Source: Duncaniella sp.
Lineage (GTDB): Bacteria; Bacteroidota; Bacteroidia; Bacteroidales; Muribaculaceae
NCBI GenBank assembly: GCA_029056055.1
Contig: JAIDCC010000095.1
Span: 3,747 to 67,746, forward strand
Length of the DNA: 64,000 bases
Direction: 5' to 3'
Below are positions 9,531 through 18,697 of this stretch, piece by piece. The first letter of the stretch is position 1, and each line of letters begins with the position of its first letter. Below the pieces are notes generated by a model, which worked only from the letters and a program-made list of their open reading frames with translations, was not told the DNA's origin and made no database searches. A program made the position numbers and the translations under genes.

Positions 9531-11465
9531 CTAACCCAATTTAGTGAGAATCAAATCCCAATGGTTATTAAATGACAGGCCATATCGACCAGATTCCGAA
9601 ATCTTAACTTCAAATCGATTAATAAATGAAACCGATTTCAGTTCCTCTCCTACAAGGATACCACGTATAGAATCTGAACCGCCTGTAGTACTACTGTTTA
9701 CATCGGGGTTATAAAAACAATATCTGAGGATAATAAAACTACCTTCATCAATGTCCATTGTCATTTCTGACAACCAGTTTGTTAAAAGATGCAACCCTGA
9801 AAGATTAACGAACAGAGCTGGTTTACCCGTTTCAGCTTTTAGGCGAACTTGTCTTGGTAAAACAAGACAGGTGCTTTTATGCCTTTCTCCAGCTTTGTTT
9901 AGGTAAAGGGTATTATTAAGCGGCATTAAAGCTCCAAGCTCTATATGTGAATATGGATCTGTCGTAAGATAATATCCATCTGTGTAACGCACTTCTCTTT
10001 CCATATTGTACGGTTGAATAGAAGAGGTCATCACTTTCAAGTTCGATGAAGTGTATTGTCCATCGTAATTAAGTGGCAGAAAAGCCATTCTATCGAAATG
10101 GAAACGCGTAGCATCGTCCATGTCTGAGACCCAACCATTCACAATCACATGCGTACAATTTTCCGCCTTGAAATGGTTTGGTAAAAGACTTCCTTTAATA
10201 CTCATATTCACAGTGGCAACCTTCTTGAGATCCACCCATACAGCATCTGCATTATAGGGTTCCTTATCAAAAATCCCCGGAAGAGCTTCCATCATTCGAA
10301 GTGCTGTAAATTCTGAGGCATGTATTCCACGGAGATACAGCGGTATAGCACGGAGACCTTCGAAACCAATATTGGCAAATACATTTCCGTCTAATTTCCA
10401 TTCCATATCGGATGCATTCATTGAATGGTCTTCAATATAGATACCAAAACCACCCATGAGTCTGCCCCCGAGAATCAAATTCTCGTTGAAGTAACTTTTG
10501 ATACTACTATCGTCCGGATCATACAAATCAAAATAAAATCCATAATCAGCATCAATAATCTGAAACGAGAAACGAGTATATTGGACAGCTGCTAGATACT
10601 TTTTAGGATCTACAGATGCAGGGGGATTATAAATAACCGAAATACCTCTATAGAGATGTTGGAGATGACGAACAGTGATGTTGCTATTCTCGGTATAGCC
10701 TGAGAATTCAATACCTGTACCGAGGTATTGAAGTGTATAGCCCATAGTAGTAGAGCCCGCAGGCCGTTCTCCTCCTTTCAATCTATCAACATTAAGATTT
10801 ACAGACTGACATTTAATCTTGATAAGTGCGAAATTTGTATTTGAATCAGCAGATGAAATACAGCCAGGTGAGGTAAATCTTTGAAGAGAAAAGGTATGAA
10901 GCTCAACAGAACACTGTGTTTGCGTGGAGGTAGGCGAACTAAAAGAGAAACTATTATTAGGAAAGAAATATGCATTACATAATTCAATTGATGCCGTAAG
11001 ATGATATAATCGGTGCTGAAGAACTACTTCTGGGGCCGACCCATCATAATTGACGGAATCACCAACAGGTTCATCAGTTGAAGCAGCTGCGCACGCTAAT
11101 GCTTTATTAATATGAAAGTGATCCGAAGATGTCTTTGATTTTAAATCCGGATCATTAAACCACTCACTTTGTACTTGAGTGTTCCCACAGCCCCTGAAGT
11201 AGACATTCTTTCCCAAAATCCAAGTAGAGAGTGCTATAATTTGAGAACCTTGAAGATTCAGCACCACGTTGGTATTACACACAATGCGTCCTTCGCCTCG
11301 GAACTCAATAATACTATTCTCTGGAAAGGTGATCGATATGAATTTAGACGTCGGTACAGATTGAGTGTCAATTTCAATAATTGAGTCTATGATGTAACGA
11401 CCTTCGCTATCAGCTTCAATTACAGCATGATTCGTGAATTTCTTTTTTGTGAGTATTGTAGCCAT
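9531..11465 (-). CDS. Hypothetical 644-aa protein with no signal peptide and possible parallel beta-helix repeats; low-GC orphan
   Basis: A long uninterrupted ORF in an AT-rich tract. Its stop is 3 nt before the ATG of the LRR gene. I do not recognise the family; repetitive blocks like NITVRHL/GISVIY and GIYIEDHS hint at a beta-helix. Confidence 0.6.
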   Translation of the reverse strand: MATILTKKKFTNHAVIEADSEGRYIIDSIIEIDTQSVPTSKFISITFPENSIIEFRGEGRIVCNTNVVLNLQGSQIIALSTWILGKNVYFRGCGNTQVQSEWFNDPDLKSKTSSDHFHINKALACAAASTDEPVGDSVNYDGSAPEVVLQHRLYHLTASIELCNAYFFPNNSFSFSSPTSTQTQCSVELHTFSLQRFTSPGCISSADSNTNFALIKIKCQSVNLNVDRLKGGERPAGSTTMGYTLQYLGTGIEFSGYTENSNITVRHLQHLYRGISVIYNPPASVDPKKYLAAVQYTRFSFQIIDADYGFYFDLYDPDDSSIKSYFNENLILGGRLMGGFGIYIEDHSMNASDMEWKLDGNVFANIGFEGLRAIPLYLRGIHASEFTALRMMEALPGIFDKEPYNADAVWVDLKKVATVNMSIKGSLLPNHFKAENCTHVIVNGWVSDMDDATRFHFDRMAFLPLNYDGQYTSSNLKVMTSSIQPYNMEREVRYTDGYYLTTDPYSHIELGALMPLNNTLYLNKAGERHKSTCLVLPRQVRLKAETGKPALFVNLSGLHLLTNWLSEMTMDIDEGSFIILRYCFYNPDVNSSTTGGSDSIRGILVGEELKSVSFINRFEVKISESGRYGLSFNNHWDLILTKLG

Positions 11466-11623
11466 AAAAAATCAAATTGAGATATTTTTTCGAAAAGAAA
11501 AATTAAGAAAACACCAACAGACAGGCACATATACCAAATTATACACTGTATAATTTAAAATCGCACTAAAATAGTCTATTCTTATTGTCCAATCAAAAAA
11601 AACATATTCTTTTATACGTACGG

Positions 11624-11631
11624 CAAAGATA
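11624..11631 (-). promoter_or_regulatory. Candidate -7 box (TATCTTTG on minus strand) in the AT-rich region upstream of the 644-aa gene
   Basis: Plus strand CAAAGATA. It is ~160 nt upstream of the ATG at 11465, which would imply a long leader. Confidence 0.3.
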
Positions 11632-11897
11632 TAAAATATAATTTATATAAAAAAAGCCTCAATTACATTTTAACTATAATTAGTATTATTATACTATTAT
11701 TTAGATACATATCTAATATAAGCAGTAGGAAGATACCTTACAATAATAAATCGTAAGTAGATACTTGTTAGCGATTTTTTTACAAAAGACGAATGCATAC
11801 AGAGATGCTACCGGATGTCTTTATTGAGTGCCGTCTGATGGATATGGACTATATTAAAAGAGTGTGCGTTGCAGTAGCGCCAGAAACTTCAGAGTGG

Positions 11898-14396
11898 TCA
11901 GCTGATGAAGCGGCCGGTGATGCTTTCGGGGGTGGCGGCCACTTGGGCCGGGGTGCCTGCGGCGACCACGCGGCCGCCGTCCTGCCCTCCTCCGGGACCC
12001 ATGTCGATGATGTAGTCGGCGTTGCGTATCACGTCGAGGTCGTGCTCTATCACTATGACAGTCGCGCCGAGGTCGATGAGGCGCTGAAACACTTCGATGA
12101 GTTTGATGACGTCGAGGGGGTGGAGGCCGATGGTGGGTTCGTCGAACACAAAAAGCGTGTCGCCCTGCTCGCGGCCCATCTCGGTGGCGAGTTTGAGGCG
12201 CTGCGCTTCGCCGCCCGACAAACTCGGAGTGGCTTCGCCGAGGGTGAGGTAGCCGAGACCGAGGTCGTTGAGCGTGGTGAGCCGCGACGCCACGGTCTTG
12301 TGGGCGGCACATTCCTCGATGGCCTGCTCCACGTCGTCGTCCATCAGCTCGGGCAGCGAGACCTTGCGCCCCGAAGCGCCTTCGATTTTCACCGTCCACG
12401 CCTTGCGGCTGTAGCGCGAACCTTTACATTCTGGGCAAGGGATGTCGACGTCGGGCAGGAACTGCACGTCGAGGCTCACCGTGCCCGTGCCGTCGCAGAT
12501 GGGGCAACGCAGCGAGCCGGTGTTGTAGGAGAAATCGCCCGCTTTCAGGCTCTCGGCCTTGGCATCTTTGGAGCGACCGAAAATCTTGCGCAATTCGTCG
12601 TGGATGTTGGCGTAGGTGGCCACCGTTGAGCGCACGTTAGCGCCGATGGGGGTCGAGTCGATGAGTTTGACGTTGCGTATGCCGGGTGCGTTGACGGTTT
12701 TGACGTGCTCTGGCAGCGGCGTCGAGCCTGTGGCGGCGGTCAGTCCGGGCACGAGGCTTTCGAGCACCATGGTGGTTTTGCCCGAACCGGAGACCCCGGT
12801 CACAACTGTGAGCCGTCCTTTTGGGATAGCTATTTCGAGAGGGCGCACGGTGTGGATTTGCGAGGTGGTCATCTCGATGCTCCCTTCGTCAAACATTTCA
12901 AACATTTCGCCGGGCGCGACGACAGGGCGGAGGCGGCGCTCCCCTTTGCCCGAGAGGAAGGGGCCGATTTTCGAGTCGGGGTTGTTTTCGATTTGGGCGA
13001 TTGTGCCTTCGGCTATGATGCGGCCGCCGTTGGCGCCCGCGCCGGGACCGAGTTCCACCATCCAGTCGGCATCGCGGAGTATCTGCGTGTCGTGGTCTAC
13101 GAGCACTATCGAGTTGCCGTCGGCCATGAGGTCGTGCATCACTCCTTTCAAGCCGTTGATGTTGGCCGGGTGCAGGCCAATCGAGGGTTCGTCGAGCACG
13201 TAGAGAATGCCGGTGGTGCGGTTGCGCACCACGCGCGCCAACTGCATGCGCTGGCGCTCGCCTGTGGAGAGTGTGGCCGAGGCGCGGTCGAGACTGAGGT
13301 AGCCGAGACCGAGGTCTACGAGCCTGCGCGCCGTCAGCAGAAACGATTCGCCTATGTTTGCGGCCATCTGCCTCATCTCTTCGGGCAGCGTGGCGGGAAC
13401 GTTTTTCACCCATTCGATAGCGTCGGCGAGAGTCTTGGCCGTGGCTGTGTCGAGCCCGATGCCGTCGATGCGCGGGGCGCGTGCGGCTTCCGACAGGCGC
13501 GTGCCGTGGCAGCAGGGACACACGTCGCTCTTAAGAAATTTCTCTACTCGCTTCATGCCCTTCTCGTCGGTCACTTTGGCGAGGGCGTTCTCTACGGTGT
13601 AGACGGCATTGTAGTAGGTGAAGTCAAGCTCGGCCATGGTGTCGGTCTTCTTGGCTTTGTAGAGAATCTGTTTTTTCACGGCCGGCCCGTTGAACACTAT
13701 GTCGCGCTCCTCGGGTGTGAGTTGGTTGAATGGCACGTCGGTTCTCACTCCCATGGCGCGGCAGACATCGGTCATCAGCGACCACATGAGTGTCTTCCAG
13801 GGCACGACGGCGCCGTCGTCGATTGACAGCGTTTCGTCGGGCACGAGTGTCGAGCGGTCTACGGTCATCACCACACCCGTGCCGCCGCATTTCTCACACG
13901 CTCCGGTGCTGTTGAAAGCGAGCTCCTCGGCGCCCGGTCCGAAGAAATGTGTGCCGCAGTTGCCGCACACCAGCTCCTTCTCGGCGGCCACGTCGAGGGT
14001 GGGCGCGTGATAGGTGCCGCAGTGCGGGCAGCGGTGCGATGCCAGACGCGAGAACATCAGGCGCAGGCTGTTGAGCAGTTCGGTGCCGGTGCCGAACGTG
14101 CTTCTCACGCCCGGCACTCCCGGGCGCTGGTGGAGCGCGACGGCGGCGGGCACGTGGAGGATTTCGTCTACATCGGCTCGCGCCGTCTGCGAAATGCGGC
14201 GGCGGGTGTAGGTCGACAAGGCTTCGAGGTATCTCCGCGACCCTTCGGCGTAGAGCACTCCCAAGGCGAGCGACGATTTGCCCGACCCCGACACGCCGGC
14301 CACACCGACAATGCGGCCGAGCGGGATGTCGACGTTGACGTTCTTGAGGTTGTGCACTCTCGCGCCGCGTATTTCTATCTTTTCGCTTTCTTTCAT
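11898..14396 (-). CDS. uvrA: UvrA-family ABC ATPase, short paralogue (832 aa)
   Basis: UvrA-like N-terminus (IEIRGARVHNLKNVNVDIPLGRIVGVAGVSGSGKSSLA), two ABC modules, and Zn-finger CxxC pairs. It is about 100 aa shorter than canonical UvrA. Confidence 0.85.
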   Translation of the reverse strand: MKESEKIEIRGARVHNLKNVNVDIPLGRIVGVAGVSGSGKSSLALGVLYAEGSRRYLEALSTYTRRRISQTARADVDEILHVPAAVALHQRPGVPGVRSTFGTGTELLNSLRLMFSRLASHRCPHCGTYHAPTLDVAAEKELVCGNCGTHFFGPGAEELAFNSTGACEKCGGTGVVMTVDRSTLVPDETLSIDDGAVVPWKTLMWSLMTDVCRAMGVRTDVPFNQLTPEERDIVFNGPAVKKQILYKAKKTDTMAELDFTYYNAVYTVENALAKVTDEKGMKRVEKFLKSDVCPCCHGTRLSEAARAPRIDGIGLDTATAKTLADAIEWVKNVPATLPEEMRQMAANIGESFLLTARRLVDLGLGYLSLDRASATLSTGERQRMQLARVVRNRTTGILYVLDEPSIGLHPANINGLKGVMHDLMADGNSIVLVDHDTQILRDADWMVELGPGAGANGGRIIAEGTIAQIENNPDSKIGPFLSGKGERRLRPVVAPGEMFEMFDEGSIEMTTSQIHTVRPLEIAIPKGRLTVVTGVSGSGKTTMVLESLVPGLTAATGSTPLPEHVKTVNAPGIRNVKLIDSTPIGANVRSTVATYANIHDELRKIFGRSKDAKAESLKAGDFSYNTGSLRCPICDGTGTVSLDVQFLPDVDIPCPECKGSRYSRKAWTVKIEGASGRKVSLPELMDDDVEQAIEECAAHKTVASRLTTLNDLGLGYLTLGEATPSLSGGEAQRLKLATEMGREQGDTLFVFDEPTIGLHPLDVIKLIEVFQRLIDLGATVIVIEHDLDVIRNADYIIDMGPGGGQDGGRVVAAGTPAQVAATPESITGRFIS

Positions 14397-14425
14397 GTGT
14401 TTTTAGTCTTTGGATGTTTGCCAGT

Positions 14426-15196
14426 TCAATCCCTTGCCGCTACGGGGTGGTCGGCTTTGTGACGCTCGTCGCGGTACTCTTTCAGTTCTTCGAGGTAGCT
14501 CGCCGTAATGACGCCCGACGGGAGGGCGATGATGGCCACGCCGAAGAGCGACGACAGCATCGAGACCACTCGCCCGATGTCAGTCACGGGACAAAGGTCG
14601 CCGTAGCCCACGGTTGTGAGGGTCACCGTGGCCCAGTAGAGCGCATCGAAAAACGAGTGGAAGGTCTCTTCGCCGGTGTGGGGATTGATGTGGGGCTCGG
14701 CGTTAAACATCACGAGCGCCGTGATGAAGATGTAAAACAAGGCCAGCATGAGCACCGACAGAAGCACCTCTTTCTCCTTGCTCAACACCCGCAGGAAGAT
14801 GGTGATTTTCTCGGAATAGCGGAAAATCTTGAGCAGTCGCACTATTTTGAGCAGGCGCGTCAGGCGCAGCAGCTTGAACTCCGGACTGATGAGATTCAGC
14901 CCCGGCAATATCGACAGCAGGTCGATTATGGCCATCGGTGTGAAGGGATAGATGACAAACGACACCGCCCCGCGCTTCAACTGATAATCGGCCGTCGACC
15001 ATCGCAGGATGTAGTCGATGATGAACGCCGTCACCGTGACGGCCTCTATGACGCGAAACACCGGATAGTCTTCGATGAACATCAGCGGAACGACACTTGC
15101 GAGTATCATCACGAGCATATACCAGTCGTAGATGCGGCTGGCTATCATTCCTTTGTTGTCGCGGTTTACAAGGTCGTAGATTTTGTGGCGGAGCAT
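14426..15196 (-). CDS. Voltage-gated-type potassium channel (ion transport family)
   Basis: K+ selectivity filter TLTTVGYGD, and an S4-like segment RLTRLLKIVRLLKIFR. I take MLRHKIYD (15196) as the start; upstream of it the frame overlaps the divergent promoter region. Confidence 0.8.
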   Translation of the reverse strand: MLRHKIYDLVNRDNKGMIASRIYDWYMLVMILASVVPLMFIEDYPVFRVIEAVTVTAFIIDYILRWSTADYQLKRGAVSFVIYPFTPMAIIDLLSILPGLNLISPEFKLLRLTRLLKIVRLLKIFRYSEKITIFLRVLSKEKEVLLSVLMLALFYIFITALVMFNAEPHINPHTGEETFHSFFDALYWATVTLTTVGYGDLCPVTDIGRVVSMLSSLFGVAIIALPSGVITASYLEELKEYRDERHKADHPVAARD

Positions 15197-15292
15197 GGTC
15201 GAATTTTCTTTTGATTGCAAAAATACAAAATTACCTCCACGCCGCCAAAACAATCTGCTCCCTCCGGATTTTCGCGTGTTGCCGAAAAATCG

Positions 15293-15300
15293 TAATTTTG
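15293..15300 (+). promoter_or_regulatory. -7 promoter box TAATTTTG
   Basis: Exact TAnnTTTG, 24 nt upstream of the ATG at 15324. Confidence 0.55.
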
Positions 15301-15323
15301 CACTCCCGAATCTGTCACGACGC

Positions 15324-15875
15324 ATGAACTCTCTGCATTTCGAACGACTCACCACCTCCTCCGACCCGCGCTTTGCCCGGGCCATGACTCTCTACGCCCG
15401 AAGTTTTCCGCCTCACGAGCAGCGCGAAAGCGCGAGTCAACGCGCCATCATGGCCCACCCCGCCTATCATTTTCTCCTCGTCTGCGACGGCGACACGTTT
15501 GTCGGATTGATGCTCTGCTGGGAGACTGACGATTTCGTCTACGTGGAGCATTTCTGCATCGTCGCCGACCTGCGCAACCGCCACTACGGGGCGCGCGCCC
15601 TTTCCCTTCTGGCGCAGGGCGCAAAGAGGGTCATCCTCGAAATCGACCCGCCTGTCGACGACATCTCGCGCCGTCGCCGCGGCTTCTACGAGCGTGCCGG
15701 ATTTGTCGCAAATCCTTTCCGTCACGTCCATCCGCCCTACCATGCCGACTGCGGCGGACACGATTTGGTGGTGATGTCTCACCCCTCAGCCCTCTCCGCC
15801 CCCGACTACACCCGTTTCAACGAGTTTCTCTCTCAGACCGTGATGCGCGGCGCGACAGACTCAGCCCACTATTGA
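15324..15875 (+). CDS. GNAT-family N-acetyltransferase
   Basis: 183 aa from MNSLHFERL. Acetyl-CoA binding-like block RNRHYGARALSLL and C-terminal YERAGF. Confidence 0.7.
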   Translation: MNSLHFERLTTSSDPRFARAMTLYARSFPPHEQRESASQRAIMAHPAYHFLLVCDGDTFVGLMLCWETDDFVYVEHFCIVADLRNRHYGARALSLLAQGAKRVILEIDPPVDDISRRRRGFYERAGFVANPFRHVHPPYHADCGGHDLVVMSHPSALSAPDYTRFNEFLSQTVMRGATDSAHY

Positions 15876-16514
15876 CGCGAGTCGGTCGAAGGCATCCACT
15901 ATGTAGGTCGGAGCGGCCGCCTCGAGTTGCTCGCGCGTACCGTTGCCGTAGCTGACGGCACACGTCAGCGTCCCCGCCGCGCGCCCCATGAGGATGTCAA
16001 CGTTAGCATCGCCCACGGTGAGGGTTTCTTCCGGTCGCCACCCGCACGCCGCGAGGATTTTCTCGACAGGCTCGGCCGACGGCTTGCCGTGGGTCACATC
16101 GTTTCCCCCTACGAGCATTTCGAAATAGTCGGCCATGCCGAACATCGCGACGTATTCCTCCAGCGACGCCCGGCTGCGGCTGCTCGCTATGGCCATCCTC
16201 AGCCCGCGGCGGTGGAAATCGTCGAGCGTCGCCGCCACGCCGGGAAAAAGCGTCACGCTCAACGGACGTTTCAGTTCGTCGAAAATGCGACGATAGGCGG
16301 TGGCAAACTCCCTCTCGGCCACTTCATTTCCCGGCCAAAGCACCTTCGGTATCTCTTCGAGACGCAACCCGATGGTGGCGCGACACTCCGCCTCGGTCTT
16401 GGGCGCAAGTCCCAGCCGCTCGATGGCCGCCTGCATCGTAGCCACAATCAACGGCGCCGTATCCACCAGCGTCCCGTCGAAATCGAAAACTATATTTCTG
16501 ATGATATTTTTCAT
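15861..16514 (-). CDS. HAD-superfamily hydrolase (phosphoglycolate phosphatase-like)
   Basis: DxDGT motif VFDFDGTLVDT, and a later GDANVDILMG motif. Start MKNIIRN at 16514. Confidence 0.8.
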   Translation of the reverse strand: MKNIIRNIVFDFDGTLVDTAPLIVATMQAAIERLGLAPKTEAECRATIGLRLEEIPKVLWPGNEVAEREFATAYRRIFDELKRPLSVTLFPGVAATLDDFHRRGLRMAIASSRSRASLEEYVAMFGMADYFEMLVGGNDVTHGKPSAEPVEKILAACGWRPEETLTVGDANVDILMGRAAGTLTCAVSYGNGTREQLEAAAPTYIVDAFDRLASIVG

Positions 16515-16640
16515 TATCCGGTCATTTTTCAGCTCCAACCCGTACATTGTGCAAATTTAATGCATTTTTCCGAAAAGCCGATAGACCGCATGAAAGAAAT
16601 TTATCGTACCTTTGCCGACAAATATTCACTCACGTTCGTT

Positions 16641-17813
16641 ATGGCTACAGAATCCATACCCCTATCCTCAAAACCGAGGTTTGAAATCCTCGACGGGCTG
16701 CGCGGTGTGGCCGCGATGATTGTCGTGGCGTTCCACCTCTTCGAGACCTATTCCGCCGGGCCGATGCATCAGATACTCAACCACGGCTATCTGGCAGTCG
16801 ACTTTTTCTTCGTCCTCTCCGGCTTCGTCATCGGCTATGCCTACGACGACCGCTGGGGGCGCATGACCACATGGGACTTCTTCAAGCGCCGTCTGATAAG
16901 ACTTCAGCCCATGGTGGTGCTCGGCACCCTCATCGGAGCCTTCTGGTTCTACTTCGGCGCCGCTCCCGGTTTTGAACTGGTCATGCAGACTCCATGGTGG
17001 AAACTGCTGCTCATCATGGTGCTCGGTTGCATCATGTTTCCCACTCCTCCCTCGATGGACATCCGCGGCTGGCAGGAAATCAACTCGCTCAATGGTGCGC
17101 AATGGTCGCTGCTGTGGGAGTACGTGGCCAACATCCTCTACGCCCTCTTCGTGCGTCGTTTCTCCACACTGCTGCTCACCGTCTTCGTCTTCCTGTCGGC
17201 CCTGCTCACCATCGACCTTGCCATGGACCTTGACGTCACCGGCCTCCTCGCCCTGCGCTCTTATGCCCGCTACACAGTCATCGGCGGCTTCGGTCTCACA
17301 CCCGACCAAATCTACATAGCCATCTGCCGTCTGCTCTACCCCTTCTTCGGCGGACTACTCCTCTATCGCCTCAGTCGCTGCCGCATCCGCATCAATCGCG
17401 GGGCCATGACATGGTGCTCGCTTGCCGTGGCGGCAACGCTCGTCATGCCACACCTGGGAGGCACCGACCACCAGTGGGTCAACGGCCTCTACTGCGCCGC
17501 GGTCATCCTCTTCGTCTATCCCGCCGTCGTCGCCGCCGGAGCCGGGAGCCAACTGAAAGGCCGTCGCACCACCGCGCTTTGCAAATTTCTCGGAATGATT
17601 TCCTATCCCCTCTACATCACCCACTACCCCATGATTTACGTACAGATGAATTGGGCCGCCCAACACGCCGACGCCCCCCTCTCGACACACATTTGGGTGG
17701 CCGTCAGCATCTTCGTGGCCTCGATAGCCGTGGCCTACGCAAGCGTCAAAGTCTACGACCTCCCCCTCCGCACGTGGCTCTCAGCGAAATTTCTCCAAAT
17801 TTCAAAACAATAA
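16641..17813 (+). CDS. Acyltransferase family 3 membrane protein
   Basis: N-terminus RFEILDGLRGVAAMIVVAFHL is typical of acyltransferase_3, followed by about 10 hydrophobic segments. An alternative start is 16590. The long upstream part of the track ORF is antisense to the HAD gene. Confidence 0.75.
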   Translation: MATESIPLSSKPRFEILDGLRGVAAMIVVAFHLFETYSAGPMHQILNHGYLAVDFFFVLSGFVIGYAYDDRWGRMTTWDFFKRRLIRLQPMVVLGTLIGAFWFYFGAAPGFELVMQTPWWKLLLIMVLGCIMFPTPPSMDIRGWQEINSLNGAQWSLLWEYVANILYALFVRRFSTLLLTVFVFLSALLTIDLAMDLDVTGLLALRSYARYTVIGGFGLTPDQIYIAICRLLYPFFGGLLLYRLSRCRIRINRGAMTWCSLAVAATLVMPHLGGTDHQWVNGLYCAAVILFVYPAVVAAGAGSQLKGRRTTALCKFLGMISYPLYITHYPMIYVQMNWAAQHADAPLSTHIWVAVSIFVASIAVAYASVKVYDLPLRTWLSAKFLQISKQ

Positions 17814-17821
17814 AAGTCACT

Positions 17822-18682
17822 ATGGAAATTGAAATACGGAATTTGCGGGGGTGCGGTTTTGAGAGGGTGTTTCGGGGGTTTGAGAGGGCGTTTGGCGATT
17901 ATGAGATTCGGTTTGACAAGGAAGAGGTCAGGGGGATGCTTACCAGGCGGGGGTTTGACCCTGAGCTGTCGGCGGGGGCGTTTGATGCCGAGGGAGAAAT
18001 CGTAGGGTTCGTGTTCAATGGCGTCGGGATGTTCAACGACCGGCTCACGGCCTACGACACGGGCACGGGGACTGCCCCCGATTACCGCGGCGAGGGGCTT
18101 GCGGGCCGTGTGTTCGACCACGCTCTGGGGTTGCTGCGCGGGGCGGGCGTGGAGCAATACCTTCTCGAAGTGTTGCAGAACAACGAGAAGGCCATCCGCC
18201 TCTACGAAGGGGCGGGGTTCGAAATCTCCCGCGAATTTGACTGTTTCCGCAGCAGCATTGCCGAGGTAGAGCTCGCAACGTCGCAGGGCGGAGCGGCCTT
18301 CGAGGTGAGACGGATAGGTGTCGGGGAGGTGCGCGCGGCCTCCGACTTCTGCGATTTCAATCCGTCGTGGCAAAACTCCGTGCAATCCATCGAACGCGGC
18401 ATCGCGGGGCTGACCTGTCTGGGCGCTTTCGCCGACGGAGCCATGGTCGGCTACTGCGTCTTCGACCCAGCTACGGGCGACCTGACACAGATAGCGGTCA
18501 GTCCGGCGATGCGGCGCAAAGGGGTCGGTTCGCTGTTGCTTCGCGAGGCTTTGGGGGCTATGAAGACCCCCTTCATGAAGGTGCTCAACGTCGAGACGGG
18601 CACCGACTCGCTCACGGCCTTTCTCAAACACCGCAACATTAAGCCCGCCACCTCGCAATACGAGATGCTGCGCCGCCTGTGA
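17822..18682 (+). CDS. GNAT-family N-acetyltransferase (two-domain)
   Basis: 286 aa from MEIEIRNL. Two acetyltransferase-like halves (YRGEGLAGRVF...YEGAGF and MRRKGVGSLLL). Confidence 0.7.
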   Translation: MEIEIRNLRGCGFERVFRGFERAFGDYEIRFDKEEVRGMLTRRGFDPELSAGAFDAEGEIVGFVFNGVGMFNDRLTAYDTGTGTAPDYRGEGLAGRVFDHALGLLRGAGVEQYLLEVLQNNEKAIRLYEGAGFEISREFDCFRSSIAEVELATSQGGAAFEVRRIGVGEVRAASDFCDFNPSWQNSVQSIERGIAGLTCLGAFADGAMVGYCVFDPATGDLTQIAVSPAMRRKGVGSLLLREALGAMKTPFMKVLNVETGTDSLTAFLKHRNIKPATSQYEMLRRL

Positions 18683-18697
18683 GAGGCGACGTCCTCC

